Source: Tubiluchus corallicola
Taxonomy: Eukaryota; Animalia; Priapulida
Reading direction: 5' to 3'
NCBI GenBank assembly: GCA_030141605.1
Contig: JAQGDQ010001066.1
Location: forward strand, 1,837 to 65,836
DNA length: 64,000 bases
Part shown: positions 60,677 to 64,000 of the stretch, one piece after another
How positions within the stretch are numbered: position 1 is the stretch's first letter
How the letters are laid out: each line of letters starts with the position of its first letter
Position numbers and translations under genes: made by a program
Notes under the pieces: generated by a model
What the model was told of the DNA's origin: nothing
The model's input: the letters and a program-made list of their open reading frames with translations, nothing else
The model's database searches: none

Positions 60677-63600
60677 CGGTCGATCAGTAGACAACAAATA
60701 AAGAAAGAAAGTCCAGACTAACTTCACACAGGAACAGCTAAATTATTGCTGGAAACTTTTTTACTCAGTTGTAGAAAATCCTACTGCAGGCAGTATACAA
60801 TGCACATTACTGTCTGAACGGAAGTATGTAATATCCTAGATTAAATGACTAGATTGAATCAGCAATTTTGCAATGTTATCTGACGAATGCACGTGCGCAT
60901 GTGCAATGGCTTATTTCCTTGGCAAGGAGAATTTGGTTTAAAAGGGCAAGAAAAGGGGTACCTGAAGTAGGTTACAGAAAAATCGCCTTTAAAATTACAT
61001 TACTTTGCAGTATTTTTATACGTACATCGTGTTTGTGTTGAAAGGAATTTTTTGTCTTCATTTTAAATCTCTTGCAATACTGTTCCAATACTACTCACTA
61101 CGCCACGTAAATTAGGGGAATAAAAGGAAATATTAAATTACGTCCCAATATCTTTCCATGCAAATCTATATTACTTAGCATTTCACTTATCTGCTGGAAA
61201 GACTTATGTAGCTAGACTAATAATTTAAAATGTTTGTGCCAATTGGTAAAATGTCGCTGACTCACACTCCAGGGCGCGCCACTCATTAGTCAAAAAGGTA
61301 TTTTAATCTTGATGAAAAGACACAGTACTTAGTTAGCAAGATGTGTGCTACGAACAGTCTGAATATTTTTTCATCCTTTACTTAATGTTATCAAAACTTG
61401 TTTCAAACGACCTACCATTAAAATGGCTGCACCTAACGGTCATCGCGGGAGTTTAAATTTACACGTTTTATACATCGTTACATCGATGCAAACCATGCAT
61501 ACGAAAATGCAGTATGTAAGTGGTATATAATTTCTAGACGAATTTCTTAAGCTTCGTGTAAGTGCAGGGTTTTCTTGTGCGATTTTGAAACATGCAGCAT
61601 TTTGATGTTTAGGATCTGCAGGATACATTTTTAGTTACATATTTCTTGTACATATAATCTGCAAGAAATGTGGAACCAAAATTCTGCCAACTGTTTAGTT
61701 TATGCAATCTTATTTTACAGTACTTGGACGCTATTGTAAAATTAATTCAAAACATCCTCTGGTTACAAAGATAATCCAATTTTGACATACGAAAGCCAAG
61801 GCGTACAATTAGTTCTTATGCAACGTTTTAATAAATAACGGTAGTGATAGTCGCAATCAATAAGTATGAGGCAAACGATTGAGTTGTATCATAATGTTAT
61901 CAACTGAACATAATAAATTTAGCTTGAGTTAAAATGTTTATTGCTAAATAAATTAGAACATTATGGTATTAATTCCAGCTAGAAATAATTAAATACTACT
62001 TACAAAGTAGGAAACAATTTACTTTCATCAATAACTCTTACTCTGAAATTACAGATGTAAATTGTGGGCTGCCACAAGGATCTGCCCTTGGCCCTTTATT
62101 TTTCTTAATGTATATTAACGATATTTCTAATTGTTCCAATTTTCAAATCCGCCTATTTGCTTACGACACAAATCTTTTTCTAGAAGAGACTAACGTAACT
62201 AGATTATAACTTAAAGTCAATGCAGAACTAACAAAAATGGATGGAATTCCTGGATGCAGCAAATAAGCTCAAAGATAGTTATGACAAAGCAAAATATATG
62301 TTAATCTCTAGCCACCTTGCATTATTCCTATCGACTTTTATATTTCCATGTGAAATCACAATTCAACCACGACAGACAACTTTAAATATCGTTGTCATGT
62401 TTCGCCCTATATTTAATAGTTCTCACATTATGCTTATGCAACATTAAGCCCTATTCATACTGTATGTTTAATTAATTGATATGTATGATATTTAGCTACT
62501 GGCAGTGATAGTTAATTGTATTATTAATTATTGATATTTTATTAGGATGTAGGCACCTACTAACAAACCCCCTTTTGAATTCCCTCTGACCCACTCTTGT
62601 CTGCCCTATCGTGGCTGTAACGCAGTAGCTAAGTCAAGGTTTACGAAAGTGCACAGGTGAATAAAATTATAGCTCTTTAAGCGAGTGGCTTCTCGATGAA
62701 CTTCGTTCTACACTGTTAAAATATAGACGGCACCTTGACAGAGAACGAGACAGGTCGTTTACTCGTCTCTGTGAAGTTATATGCCGTACTAGAAATTTTC
62801 ACACAAGATATGGTGTGTAATGTACACGGTGATACTGTGAGAGCCTAGTTGTTGTAACCTGTGGTCGTCAACCAGAGTTGTCCCAGAGATGCTGGCCTGA
62901 AGTCTGCAGTAGTGGAGTTAGCCACTGACTGACAAATGGATCGACCTACTACAGAACCACATCCAGGGTGGTAACAGGTACTTTTCGTTTTTGTTACGAT
63001 CATAACTAACGTCACGCTGATAACGTAAACATCACGTATACTAGCCTAATGTTCTTCGATGCTACTTGCTGTATAAAGACTAATTGGTAGTTTCTCTGAC
63101 GAAGCTTGGAATCACAACTGTATTCAAACGCAGAGGTTATATTACGACGTATTGCTACCGTTCTACAAACTGTTCGCTTTAAAGAAAAAGTGTTCCAAAA
63201 AAACCTAGGTACATAGTTGGCAGACATGAACTTCATGCAAACGTATATACCCTACTAACCCCAAGCTTTGGCAATATTGCTATATCTTTGTTATTACTGA
63301 ACTTTTGCTTAACTCGAATCACTTGGAATTTGTTGATGATTAAATTGTTTGATTAATTATTTTAATATCTGCTATTTGATCTTTCTTTTTCTTCAGATCC
63401 ACTAGTGTATAGAGTGCAAATAGACCATATTCCCCCGTATTTTTAACATCCGCCTTAGGCCAATCTGCATCCATACATTTAGAGACTATGATACTAGCTC
63501 CCTTTTGTTATGAGATGTAAAATTAACGCAGCATGCCCCCTCTTTGATTCCCCTAGAGGAAATACAGGATCAGGGTCATCACAATCTTGGGCTACACATT

Positions 63601-63990
63601 ACTGACAAAACACTGTCCTGGAAAGTCCATATAAAATCAATATTTTATAAACTAACTAAACTTATCGTTTTTTTCTGCAAACTAAGGTATTTTCATGATA
63701 TTGGTACTCTTAGAATACTGTACAATTCCCTTACTTTCATTATTGCATATTTTGCTGGGACTCAACCAATTTAACTACTTTAAAACCTTAAAAAAGTGTG
63801 CAAAATAAATTAGTAAAAATTATAACTTTTGCTGGCTGTCGCGATCATGCCACTCTGCCATTTATTAAATTACAACTGTTAAAAATTAAAGACATTCACG
63901 AATTGGAATTGATTATACTTATGTATCGATATAAAAAATAATTTACTGAAATATTTAAACGTTTCTTTAAGCCACTTACTGAATTCATTG
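60060..63990 (+). repeat. Segmental duplication of ~41540-44255
   Basis: Colinear near-identity through the last EGFs, WAP, 3' flank, MITE and LINE remnant. Confidence 0.92.
62393..63583. mobile_element. Solo LTR (1191 bp)
   Basis: TGTCATG...CATCACA termini; 5-bp TSD atcgt/atctt; the paralogous site at ~43867 is empty (aaatatcttgg). Confidence 0.8.
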
Positions 63991-64000
63991 GATGACAGTA

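Overview
AT-rich invertebrate animal genomic DNA; a 5S rRNA fragment hints at a lophotrochozoan, but this is not proven. 1-16 kb: the last six coding exons (DIII pore loop to stop, + strand) of a four-domain voltage-gated sodium channel. It is Nav2/DSC1-type (DIII filter E, DIV filter A, MLL inactivation latch) and has one GC-AG intron. Its 7.2-kb intron contains a complete antisense 3-exon synaptotagmin-like gene (TM plus one C2 domain), a Penelope remnant with hammerhead ribozyme motifs, a pogo element and RTE pieces. 20.5-31 kb: a minus-strand, roughly 8-exon secreted pentraxin/LamG-domain gene that I assembled from splice phases; the ORF track shows only fragments of it. 40-64 kb: a tandem cluster of single-coding-exon type I membrane proteins with a CUB-like - (EGF)n - WAP - TM - acidic tail architecture. 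One copy has 8 EGFs, one has about 41 (37 near-identical 111-bp units), and one is a chimeric pseudogene. Between copies 1 and 2 lies a full-length RTE retrotransposon whose first nucleotide, defined by its TSD, is G1 of an HDV-like ribozyme fold. Microsatellites, minisatellites, MITEs, solo LTRs and foldback palindromes are common throughout. All calls were made by eye; no searches were run.
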